A stretch of DNA of 64,000 nucleotides from Dimorphilus gyrociliatus (lineage: Eukaryota; Animalia; Annelida). The notes under the pieces were generated by a model. The model saw nothing but the letters and a program-made list of their open reading frames with translations. It made no database searches and was not told the DNA's origin. The DNA is taken from the NCBI GenBank assembly GCA_904063045.1, contig CAJFCJ010000014.1:186001-250000 (forward strand). The letters are read 5' to 3'. Below are positions 14,801 through 26,152 of the stretch, piece by piece (within the stretch, counting starts at the first letter, position 1; the number at the start of each line of letters is the position of its first letter). The position numbers and the translations under genes were made by a program.

Positions 14801-16335
14801 TCGATAAAACTGAGGGAAGAGGTGTCGACATTATTCTCAATTCTCTTTCGGATGAGAAATTGACGCTTTCTTTCCAACTTATGACGAACGGTGGAAGATT
14901 CTGCGAAATTGGTAAGAATGATATCGTTAAGAATACTAAACTTGGTATGTCAACTTTCTTGAACGGTGTCTCCTTCCACGCTATTGTTTTGGAGACAATC
15001 TTGGGCAATGACGAAAACAGCGAATTTATCCAGACTAGAAGCCTATTGGAGAATGGCTTGAAAGATGGCTATGTAAAGCCGTTACCTCTACACATCTTCG
15101 ACATGGAAGGTGCCGAAGAATCGTTTAGATTAATGTCCAGTGGTACCCATATAGGAAAGATTATGATTAAGATTAGAAAAGACGACAAACCAGAAGAATA
15201 CACAAGTAGTTTAGAACGCTTAAGAACCTCAGAGAAGATGTTCTGTATGCCCGACCTGGTTTACATTATCACCGGAGGTTTAGGTGGTCTAGGAAATGAA
15301 TTGGCTAAGGCTCTTCTCAATAGATACGCCTACAAGATTATCTTGACAACGAGACAACCTAAAGTTAAAGGATATAAGAAGAAATTGTATAATCTCTTGT
15401 TCAATATCGAATCTAATGCCCAACTAACAGTTATGAACTACGACGTTAGTAACTACGACGAGGCCGTTCAGTTGTTTGACGAAGCTGACAAATTAGGTAA
15501 AGTTGGTGGTGTTTTCCATTTGGCTGGCTTACTACGTGATGCCGAATTCGCAAATCAAACCCAAGAAACATTTAAGGAAGTTTGCGATGTCAAGATTCTC
15601 GGAACCAAAAATATCGATAAGATAACAAGAGAAAGATACGGAAATGATTTGAAGAGTTTCGTAGTATTCAGTTCATTGGCCAGCGGTTTCGGTAACGCTG
15701 GACAAACTCCTTACGGTTTTGGCAACGCCTTCGCCGATTCGGTTTGCGAGCAGAGATGCGCCGATGGTTTAGCCGGAATGTCAATCCAATGGGGACCAAT
15801 GGCCGAAGTAGGAATGTACGAAGAGACCCTTCAACAAAGAAGGAAACAACTGAGAGAAAAGGGAGTGTCGGGAGCCGAGATTGAAGAATTGATGAATACC
15901 GGTATCTTCCAAGCACAAAGAATGGACTCTTATATGGACAGCTTTGAGAAATTTACTCTTACACCAATGCCAGTTGTCACTAGTTACGTTCTTTCCTCGC
16001 CACTTTTATTGCTCAGTCAAGGCAAAAACGATTTTGAAGTTGGTTTACAAGCTGTAGAAAAAGTACTAGGTTAGTATTTTATTGTCCTTTTAAGTGCTCC
16101 ATTTCCATCTTTTTAAAACTTTACCTTTCCAACAGGTGTAAAATCTTTGGCTGCAATGAAACCCGAGACGAAATTGTCCCAGATGGGTTTGGATTCTATC
16201 ATGGCCTCCGAAATCCATATTATCCTGAGAACCAAAATGGGTATGGAACTAAGTCCAGCTGACGTGAGAAACTTATCGCTCGGTGACATCTTGGCATGCG
16301 GTAAGAAAGAAGAGGAAGAGGAGGAAGAAGAATAG
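8866..16335 (+). CDS. FASN: Type I fatty acid synthase-like megasynthase (KS-MAT-DH-pseudoMT-ER-KR-ACP), 2219 aa, lacking a thioesterase domain
   Basis: Exons 8866-8995, 9111-9437, 9524-9847, 9929-10159, 10263-10699, 10777-11013, 11080-11502, 11568-11869, 11953-12338, 12407-16069 and 16136-16335 total 6660 nt, in frame. Motifs: KS SACSSS, HGTGT, KSNLGH; MAT GMGSQW, GHSHG, GFHS; DH HQIDG..VVP and FLDG; ER LNFRD, EIGK; KR TGGLGGLG, LRD, GQTPY; ACP GLDSIM. AATAAA at 16519. May be a paralogue rather than the housekeeping FASN. Confidence 0.9.
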
Positions 16336-18171
16336 ACTATACTAAGTAAACTAGAAGAAGAAGAGGAGAAAGAAGAAAATTTAAACCAAAAAAAACCAAA
16401 AAAAACCCCAAAAATACATATTTTTTAAGCATCCAAAAAATGGAAACAATAGAAGATATACCTCATTAAAAAAAGAAAAGAAAAAGACTTTGAACAACAA
16501 TAACAACAGTGAGAATATAATAAAGCAACAAAATCCATTTCTCACCATCTGAACATCATCAGCATCATCATTATCGTCGAAACGATTCATTAGAGTTCTT
16601 TTCTTTTTTTGTGTTCTCCCTCTTAATTTCTTTTTGTCAACATAATAACACTTTTTATCAACTGAAACATTGAAAATGGTATATGGGTCTTATGTAGTGT
16701 TAACCAGGCATTTACTACATAAATGACAAACATGAAATATTTAAGTTATTTCCTCAACAAGTGACACTTTTCATCAAAAGACTTATGAAACGCCGATGTT
16801 TTTGAATTGTTCAAAACAACAATAACAACGATAACAACAACAACAACAACAACTGCTATTTGTACATTTTATTGAACGTTTAAAAATGAACAATTACTTT
16901 TTTCGTTTTCTAAAAAATATGTAGCGTCACCAAATATTTTTAAAATGTTCTTTTCTTTCTATTTGTATCGATGGCAGTATAAAGCAATCCCTTCGGAAAA
17001 TTGCTTTTTGTAGATATTTACAACTAATTACGTTATATTCAATTAATTGTCGGCGTGGATGTTGTTACTTTGTCCTGTTTTTCGTTTTTAATACCTTTAT
17101 TTTTTTTTCTTTCCATCCTATTTTAATTCCTATCTCTCTCTACAAATGAAAATATATACTCTTGCGCAATCTGTAACTGTTAGTTTAAGGAAAAGGAGAA
17201 GAGAAAGAAAAAATAAAAAGAAAAGGAATTGGCAGTGAAAGGAAGAAGAAGAAAGAAGAAGAAAAAGTCCATTTTTCCTTTCATCCTGTTTCTTGTATGT
17301 TTTTTATTTTTGTTTTAAACACACTACTGCACTTTTAATGAAATTTACATATTCATGAGATAAATTGAACGTAGAATGTTCTTCTTTAAAATACCAGTCT
17401 TTTCAATAATATTTAATAGGTTTATAATATTAATAATTAGATAGGATTACGAATAAGTGGAAAGGGGAGGGAGAAGACTAGAGTAAGAGAGAGAGAGAGA
17501 GAGAGAGAGAGATACTCCATATATACTGTATATATATACATACATATATTTATAGATTTTACATATAGCACATTATATAGAACGAGCTAATACATTAGAC
17601 ATTAAGAGAGAGACTATTGTATATGATTTTTCCGAGAAAAAAGACGATGAAAAGTTATTAATTGAGCGTTTGAAGCTCAAATTTAATTTTGAATTATTTC
17701 TTCCCTACTTTCTCACCCTTTTTACCTTTCTATATTTATAATCTCAGTTTACAAAAAACTAACGGACACCTTATGAAGAAAAACAAAGCGTAAAAGAAAA
17801 AGAAAAGCTTCCTGGCTTGAAGCTTACATGTCTCTTTCTCGTCTGTTTCGCTGCATTTAAATGATGATAATTATTTAGAATAACTGGAAATATTAACAAA
17901 TTACCCAAATTTCTCATTAAATACTCTCTTCTTCCACTTACACGGTCTATGTGCCATGGGCCAGACGTTAATGTATCATTGCAATATTTAAAAAAAATAC
18001 GTTACAGAACATGCGCAATGCGAACCTTATCAATCAGTTGATCACAATTCAAAAATTCACTTTTAATCCTGGTGTTAACTAGCGATATCTTATCCATTTG
18101 TTGCTTTTTTCATCTAATTCATGACATTACGCATTATTTATTGTTAATATTTTTATTAGAAACATCTAAAC

Positions 18172-19483
18172 ATGTTCCAGCAAATAAAAGACTGTATGGC
18201 TTTCTGGTCTATGATATTTTTTCTACTAGGTTTCATCTTGTTTCTATGCCGAAAGTTGGAAAATTTAATCAGATCTTTCAAAGTGGGAGAAATCAAAGAA
18301 AAACGTGTTTTAATTACTGGATGCGACAGCGGTAGGTCAAAATTTTTTAACGAGACATAATTAATTAAGATAGTAATCACGTCTTCCCTTTTCTAATTTT
18401 GTAAATGTCTATATATTTGCTTTCTTTCTTTCTTTCCTCTCTTCCAATCAATTCTTCTCTTATTTACCATTCTTTGCGTTCCTCAATAGGTTTTGGTTAT
18501 CAACTCGCAAAAAGGCTGGACTCTAAGGGACTCTACGTTATAGCCCTTTGCTTACACGATCACAGTTGTACTCGGTTAAAATCTGAAAGTTCGTCCAAAC
18601 TAAGAGCATTCCAAGTGGACGTTTCAAAGGAAGAAGAAATTGAACAATTAAAGTGTCTTTTAAGAGAAGAACTAGAAGAGAAGGGACTACATGCTTTAGT
18701 AAACAACGCTGGAATAAGTAGTTCCGAAGCTGTAGCCGAAATCTATTGGTTAAAGGTGGGAGATTTTCAAGAAGTATTTAATGTCAACGTCTATCCAATA
18801 GTTAATTTTTGTAAACAATTTCTACCATATCTAAAAAGAGCTAAAGGGAGGATTGTTAATATGAGTTCAGCAGCAGCAAAATTAGCCGATCCAATTGAAA
18901 CGTCAATACCTTATCTAACAAGTAAATATGCTATGGCTGCTTATTCAGATTCATTAAGGTTTGAATTAGTTTTTCAACAATGCAACTTTCGTCCTTATGC
19001 CCCATCTTTCTTCATTAATACTAACATGATATACCTATGCATTATGTATTTTCTATAGAATTCTTCTGAAATTGAATAACATTCCAGTTAGCGTTCATAT
19101 TATAGAGCCAGGAATGTTTAGGACCAACTTCATGAACAGCCAAGAGATAATGGCTCGCATTTATAAAGGATTAGATAGAATACAAGAAAAGAAGCTTCGA
19201 AAAATATTTACAGATGTTGCCAATGATCAAGGTTTTTATAAAGGAACCTAATTATTTCACAGCAAATCAACGGCTGATTTTCTTTCTCTTATTATTAGCT
19301 AAAACTCTGAGGGAACGGTTGGAGAGAAAATTCCCACCAGACTCAACTCCGGTTATAGACTGCTACGAAAATGCTATTCTCTCTATTTGGCCGAAGAAAC
19401 GCAGTAGTGTAAACGCGAGTGGTTCAATTCTACTTTCATACTGTCCAAGTTGGTTAAGTGACGATATACTATTGGATATTTAA
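18172..19483 (+). CDS. Short-chain dehydrogenase/reductase, SDR9C (retinol dehydrogenase/17-beta-HSD6-like), copy 1, 328 aa
   Basis: Exons 18172-18331, 18490-18958, 19059-19231 and 19299-19483 (987 nt). N-terminal hydrophobic anchor, TGCDSGFG, NNAG, catalytic Ser (NMSS), YLTSK and IIEPG. Confidence 0.9.
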
Positions 19484-20019
19484 TAAACTGAAAATGGCAC
19501 CGTAAACGAGTAAAAAGGAAGAAACTAGGCTTTTTATTTCTAAAAATAAAATATATGTTTCAATGAAATAATAAAGGATTAGATAAACTAGTTAAAGGAA
19601 ATAATGGCAGCACGTGTTCAATTGTGTTTCCTTTACAACCTTTTGAACATTTTCCGTTTATTGCACGTTTGAAAATAAATTCCAATCAATATCGATTACA
19701 CAGATCCTATCGATAACGCCTGTATGTATATCGGAGGCTTTCTCGTTTTTCTTTTTCCAAATATAAACTATATTTCTGGTTGATTCATGAAGAATTTTTC
19801 TTCTTCTTCTTCTTCTTCTCTACTATTCTTAGGCTATTAGACTTTGAAAGAGGCCAGAGAGATAGAGATAGAAAGAGAGATGTAGAATAGAAAAAAACAA
19901 TAACAAATTACAAAAAGAGGGCTCATTTAAATGACAACGTAATCAATTTTTATATACAGCTGCTGTTCGTAGCCAACTTTGGCTGTATGCTGTGTGTCTG
20001 GCAATTCGTTAACAGTAAT

Positions 20020-21370
20020 ATGATGAACGAAGCTCTCTTTCTCCTAAGTTTGTCGTTAGCCTGTATAGGCTTATATGGCATTATCCGAAGAGTTGAAAGA
20101 TGGTTTAGGTCAGGTTATATTAAGAACTTTAAAAACAAGCACGTTCTTATAACAGGCTGCGACAGTGGTAAGTCATTCTGTTAAGTAAAAACTTAATTAT
20201 TTGACTTTCCGCCTTATTTCCCTTGACAGGTTTTGGCTACATGCTAGCCAAGAGGTTAGATAAATTAGGTATGCCTGTTACTGCTACTTGCCTTACAGAA
20301 GAAGGATGCGAAAGACTTGAATCTGAATGTTCGGCGAGACTAAAAGCTATCAGTCTCGACGTTACGAATGAAGAAGATGTCAACGATTTAAAGGAATGCC
20401 TAGAATACGAACTACGAGAAAAGGGCCTCTACGCACTTGTTAATAACGCAGGAGTAAGTCAGCCAAGAGTAGTGGCAGAGGTTTATTGGTCAAAGAGAGG
20501 AGATATTAGAGAGGTAATGGACGTGAATTCAACAGCAATGGCAAATATAACTTCCAAGTTTTTGCCATTACTATCAAGGGCAAACGGACGAGTAATTAAC
20601 ATGACATCAGCGAGTATGAGATTACCAAATCCTATTGGTGTTACAATAGCTTATGTTGTAAGTAAAGCTGCCGCATCAGCATTCTCTGATGCTTTCAGGT
20701 AAAAATTCTCGTAATTGATTATTTAATTACATCGTTTAATAGTTTCAGAAAGTCTGTATATACACGACTTATATATATATGTATATTTATATACTGTATA
20801 TAAGTGTGTATACAGAAATATAGAATATTAGGCAATTAACAACTTTTTCCTTTAGAATCTTAATGAAGCTTGACAAAAGGAACGTTTCTTTGCACATAAT
20901 CGAGCCAGGGATGTATAAAACTAGTGTTATGGATATTGAAAGAATAACTAAAGCTTACGAAAGAGGAATAGAAAGGATTCCAGATTCATTTAAACTTAAG
21001 AAGACATTCGAAAAACATTCTGCTAACATAAGTAGGTTTCTTTCTTTCTCTATTTTCCTATCCCCTTCCTATTTCCTTTCTCTCCTTCTCTAACTCTTTG
21101 TCTTTTCTTGCCTTTCACTCCGTTCCTCTCAAAATATGAATATATGAATATTTAATAAATTCTCTTTTATTCGCAGTTCGTAGCCTTCGGGAAAAGTTTA
21201 ATAATTCAGCCTCTTCTAATCTGGACGAAGTCATTGACTACTACGAGCACGCAATCCTATCAAAATATCCGAAGAAAAGGTATAATAAACTGGGAGAGCC
21301 TTCAGTTGTATTATCCTACTTTCCATCAATAATTACTGATAATATCCTATCTAAACCTGCTTTATATTGA
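20020..21370 (+). CDS. Short-chain dehydrogenase/reductase, SDR9C-like, copy 2, 328 aa
   Basis: Exons 20020-20167, 20230-20698, 20856-21031 and 21177-21370 (987 nt). TGCDSGFG, NNAG, NMTS, YVVSK and IIEPG. Intron positions match copy 1. Confidence 0.9.
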
Positions 21371-21878
21371 ATTTTAAAAAATATAGAATAATTTCGTTGT
21401 TATTAATAACAATATACAAAAGAACAAATATTTTTCATTCAAATACCAAATAGCTGCTTCTTAGACTCTAATTAAATTTCGAGCTTGGAAACCAAATCTA
21501 TATAGACCTGTTTATTACTTGTTTATGGTGAGAGCTATCCCCTCTGGGCGTCTAACGTCAAAGCAATAATATTGGTATAATATCAATCACTCCTTCTCTT
21601 CACATTCATATTTAATTAGTACTTTTGATAAATTTACAAGGAACGTTGACTCTTTCGAACAATCTAATTAACCGAGGTAAGGAACTTTCTGACGTACTAT
21701 CCGTTGCTTCAACGCTTGTGTACGTTCAACTTTGAGTAAGGCGAAGAGACTAGCATTCGAGCGATAAAGGGAATATCTGATTCGTTATCAATTTCCTTAT
21801 CCCTCGCTTGCGCAGGGAATTTGAATCGAAGGAAGAGAGAAGAGCATCGAATAAATAGAAAAAGAAGCTTGACAAATT

Positions 21879-22796
21879 ATGAATACTTCTATCTCATTTC
21901 GATATGAAAACTATAATTTTTATTTAATCTATACAATTGTGGAGTTGTGTCTTTCGGTTATTGTTTCTATTTGTAATGGGCTATTTATTGCTTCGATACT
22001 TAAAAGTAAGAAATTATGGACAATAGCCAACTCTTTTGTATTATCATTAGCAGTTGCAGATCTTATTGTTGGACCAGCTCTTCTTTACGAGTCTTTATTC
22101 CTCTTCTACCCACAACTTGGTGATAAATGGCCCACTTGTATATTGCGATTCTCCATCCTCGTCTCCTCTTTATGTAGCTCTATTCTATCGAATGTTTGCA
22201 TAAGTGTTGATCGGTTTATCGCCATAACTCAACCTCTCTATTATTTTACAATGCTTACTAAGAAGAAAGCAATTCTAATGATAGCATTTGCTTGGTGTTA
22301 TATGCCTATATGGTATCTTTTCGTACTGTTTGGCTGGAATACATGGAATCCATCGTTAGACTGTAATAACTATTTGCTCTATCATCCGAAGCCTTTCCAA
22401 TATGGCCTGGTTTTCACATTGATCTCTGGAGTTGCCATTAATTGGATCCTTTATTATAGGGTAATAAGAATTGGATTCAAAGTTGGAGCACAAATAATGG
22501 TTCAAAAGAAGATGGCTAAGAACTTTAAGAGAACTTACCTACAAATGGTTATATTGATACTATTTATAATATGCTGGTTTCCCTATACAGTTATAGCGAT
22601 AATAAGAGTTTTAACAAAATTCGAGGTTACGCTAATTAAAGATATTTGCATTATGATAGGCTATTTCAATTCAGCGATGAACTGGCTGGTTTATGTCTTC
22701 AAAAGTAAAGATTTTCGAATAGCATTTTTTAGGTTATTAAAAGTGAAATTTGTATCAAATAGAGTAGAGTCTCTAACCATAGCAACGGATAATTAG
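21879..22796 (+). CDS. Intronless class A (rhodopsin-like) GPCR, 305 aa
   Basis: Seven hydrophobic segments. TM1 N, LAVAD in TM2, DRF after TM3, CWFP in TM6, NSAMNWLVY in TM7. Confidence 0.88.
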   Translation: MNTSISFRYENYNFYLIYTIVELCLSVIVSICNGLFIASILKSKKLWTIANSFVLSLAVADLIVGPALLYESLFLFYPQLGDKWPTCILRFSILVSSLCSSILSNVCISVDRFIAITQPLYYFTMLTKKKAILMIAFAWCYMPIWYLFVLFGWNTWNPSLDCNNYLLYHPKPFQYGLVFTLISGVAINWILYYRVIRIGFKVGAQIMVQKKMAKNFKRTYLQMVILILFIICWFPYTVIAIIRVLTKFEVTLIKDICIMIGYFNSAMNWLVYVFKSKDFRIAFFRLLKVKFVSNRVESLTIATDN

Positions 22797-23198
22797 AAAC
22801 AAAAAAGGGGACGTTGAATCATCTCCACTTGAGATAAATAAGGCGAAAAAACGAATATAAATTGTACAAACAGTTATATCTAAACTGCATGTATGGACTT
22901 TTATATTATAATAAACATTTAGAGAGCGTTGCAATCGCAATGTATAAATCATTGACATACACCTCCTCTCTCTCTCTCTGTTGCTCAGTTGTTCTTGTAC
23001 GCTCTCTCTTTTTCTCTCTCTCTCCTTTACTTGTTTTTGTGCTTGCTCTCACTGTTTCTTTCCCTCTCCTCTTTCTATCTCTATCTACTTTTCCTCTTCT
23101 ACTTCTTCTTCTTCTCCCTTTATCCTTAATCCTCTTCTTTTGTTTCTTCTCTAATATCCTCCAAGAAGAAAGTCTGATAAGGAATTTGCTTAATTAAA

Positions 23199-24134
23199 AT
23201 GAATAGAACGGATGAAGGTACACTATCACCTTCCCATCCAAAATGGATAACATGGATTATACTTCAAATACTAATTATCCTTTCAAACTGTGTTACAATT
23301 AAGATAATGTTTTTGGTTAAGTGCCTACCTCGATTGATTATTAGATTGATATTATCGGTTGCAGTTGCTGATTTTACTCTAGGTTTTGGAGGCTTTATAA
23401 GATCAGTTTATATTCTATCATTCCGAAATGATATATTGTCATCTTACTTCTGCAATCTGGACGTTTTTCTCATTCATGTTTCGCTAATGTCATCTATTGT
23501 TAATATGACGGCTATAACTGTATTTAAGTTAATATCTATTTATTCTCCATTCGTCTACGAAAGGATAGAATCGCGATATGCTTTGATTATATGCCTAATT
23601 TGGTTTATAATACTTTGTATATGTTTAGAAGTGTTGATTGATAAAGACTTGGTAATTTTTGAAAGTAACGCCTTCATCTGCGAGTATGTGTTCAAAATAA
23701 ACGTTCCAACAACTATAAAAGTGATATTTATATTCGTAATACCACCGATTTTAATGTTTACATTGGACGTTCTACTACTAATGACGGCGAGGAAGCAGAT
23801 AAACAAAATACATAATATCCTCTCAACGAATAGTCCTGGTCAACGGAAATTTTTAAAGCAGCATTTAAAAACTGTTAAGACTGTTTTCTTGATGCACATT
23901 GGATTTTTTGTGGCGTGGATACCATTTTCAACAACAAATATTCTACCCAAAGCCTTTATTGGTCATTCATTTGAAAAATTCAAATTTAGCGTCTATCTTT
24001 TAGCATGGAGTAACAGTTTTTGGAATCCAATACTCTATTTATTTACAATTCAAGAATTTCGTCTAAGAATCAAGTTACTATTTTTTAAAATGAAGCCCAA
24101 TATAAATCCATCAGTAACGATAAGCGTCGCATAA
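23199..24134 (+). CDS. Intronless divergent class A GPCR, 311 aa
   Basis: Seven hydrophobic segments. VAVAD in TM2, a Cys at the top of TM3 and in ECL2, AWIP in TM6, NSFWNPILY in TM7. The DRY position reads FKL. Confidence 0.82.
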   Translation: MNRTDEGTLSPSHPKWITWIILQILIILSNCVTIKIMFLVKCLPRLIIRLILSVAVADFTLGFGGFIRSVYILSFRNDILSSYFCNLDVFLIHVSLMSSIVNMTAITVFKLISIYSPFVYERIESRYALIICLIWFIILCICLEVLIDKDLVIFESNAFICEYVFKINVPTTIKVIFIFVIPPILMFTLDVLLLMTARKQINKIHNILSTNSPGQRKFLKQHLKTVKTVFLMHIGFFVAWIPFSTTNILPKAFIGHSFEKFKFSVYLLAWSNSFWNPILYLFTIQEFRLRIKLLFFKMKPNINPSVTISVA

Positions 24135-24889
24135 TGCTGTGTATGTAACACTAATAAGATAATATATATCATAACGATTGAATAAATCTACAAACTTATA
24201 AGGAGTCTTATTAAGTTATTATTGTATTACTAGTAAAAAATGATTGAAAAGAACATTATATACAGTATTATACTGTCTGATCTATCTATTTATCTTTTAT
24301 CTATATGTCCTTCTGTCCATCTCTCTCTCTCTCTCTCTCTCTCGCTCTCGATATACTGTATATTCATCCATTTTCAATCAAGTTTCCATCCGTCTATCAA
24401 TCTATCCATTGGATTAAAAGGAAAGTTTACAACTTTTGATAGAGTTTTAAAAGTGAAAAATAAAGGTTAATAAAAAGTGTCTCCCTGTAGTAAGGAGAGA
24501 AAGACGAAGAGAAAGAGAAATGTTAAACTGTGCGTCAATTCTTTCTCTTTCCAACAAGCTTATTTAAATGTAAAGCATACTCTTTCTAACTCTTATTACC
24601 TGTCGTTATTTTTATTGTTGTTTAATCAGTTCTATTTGTTTATAAATTCTATAGAAATATTTAAATAAGGTAATAAATTAAATTTTTAAGATACTCTTTT
24701 AGATAAGGTTATAACGAAAGCTTTATATGATATATATATATATAATTTAGAATTACGCAACATTTTTCTCACACATATTTTGCAAAAAAAAAAATAAAGA
24801 AACCAATAAAATCAAATCCTGACAATGAACATTGAAATGCTTTTTTTTTTACCTAGAAATATGATACAATGAGGGAGAGAGAAGGAGAA

Positions 24890-24921
<32 letters not shown>

Positions 24922-25114
24922 AAGTGATATATATATAAAAATTATATATATATATATATATATATAAACATACAGATTATTTTTTATTTTGTATTTTTTT
25001 ACCGACAAAGGTCAAGGAAACAACAAACAGATATTTAATTTCAACAGTCGGTAATAGACAGTGATAGAGAGGAGAGCTGATTTAGGAAGAGGATAACATA
25101 CCTTAAATACATTA

Positions 25115-25186
25115 ATATATATATATATATACAAATATATATATATATATGTATATGTATATATGTATATATATATATATATATAT
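25115..25186. repeat. (AT)n-rich microsatellite
   Basis: Direct reading of the sequence. Confidence 0.85.
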
Positions 25187-25382
25187 TAATAAACTAATAG
25201 TTAACAACGTGCGTAAGTTCAAAGAAAATGTTTTTTCCTTTCGTCTTTTGTAACGTATTATTAAATTTGTGTTAGGTTTAGATTCAATACGAATTTTTTT
25301 ATTGACAAAAGGGGAAATATTTCAGTCAAGAAAGAAAGGTTGACAATAAAAATAACATTCTGAAAGGGAAAGACATATAGAA

Positions 25383-25417
<35 letters not shown>

Positions 25418-26152
25418 AAGAGTGTGTGTGTGAGATTAAGGCAGAGGGATATAGGAAAAGGAAATATAATTTTATCGTAGAGTAAATAGGCTGATGTCAT
25501 TTTCTATAATCTGTAAGTAGAAAAAGAAATGAATAAAGGTATAACCAACTTTAAATGGATCACGTGATTCGATAATAGTGCACGCTTGTAATATTAAGCG
25601 TAAATTATTACAGGCCATTTACAATGATTACTTATATCTACTGTACTATGCTTATATAGAATGTATATATATATATAAATATATTTTGTATGTCATTGTT
25701 AACGCCGTATAGTGGTTTTCAGAGATCTCTTCTCCTTCCCTTTTGCACATGCTAAACAGTATATAAATCTAGTCAAAATAAGGAATGATTGCTGATTATC
25801 AATCTATCAAAATTTTACAAATTTTTTAAGAATTGAATCCTAACAATAGCTAATCTAAATGACATTTTTTTCATTCTCTATATTAGATATTTATTTACAA
25901 AGGCCTATAAATATTAAACTTTTTACTCCGTGTCTATGGTTTATTGTATTCTGTACTATTTTACTTTTTTTTTTCACTCTTCCATTATAGGATTGATTAT
26001 TTTAGATAAATTACTATTAAGAAGTATACGGAGAACAGGAGACAATAGTTGTAATATAGCGAACGAAGCGGGTGGGAAAAAGAAAGAAATTCGCTTATAA
26101 GAGGACAAATATTAGAAGAAAGATAGAGAGAAGGAATAAAAACAAGTTTACT

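Noticed and set aside
826-16590. Antisense ORFs overlapping the WD40 and synthase genes
   Set aside because: They are shadow frames of real coding sequence.
16301-18490. Possible splice fusion of the synthase ACP (GTAAGA donor at 16301) to the SDR, forming a terminal reductase
   Set aside because: Joining to the acceptor at 18159 is out of the SDR frame. Joining to SDR exon 2 is in phase but removes the TGCDS Rossmann motif. The synthase has its own stop and AATAAA.
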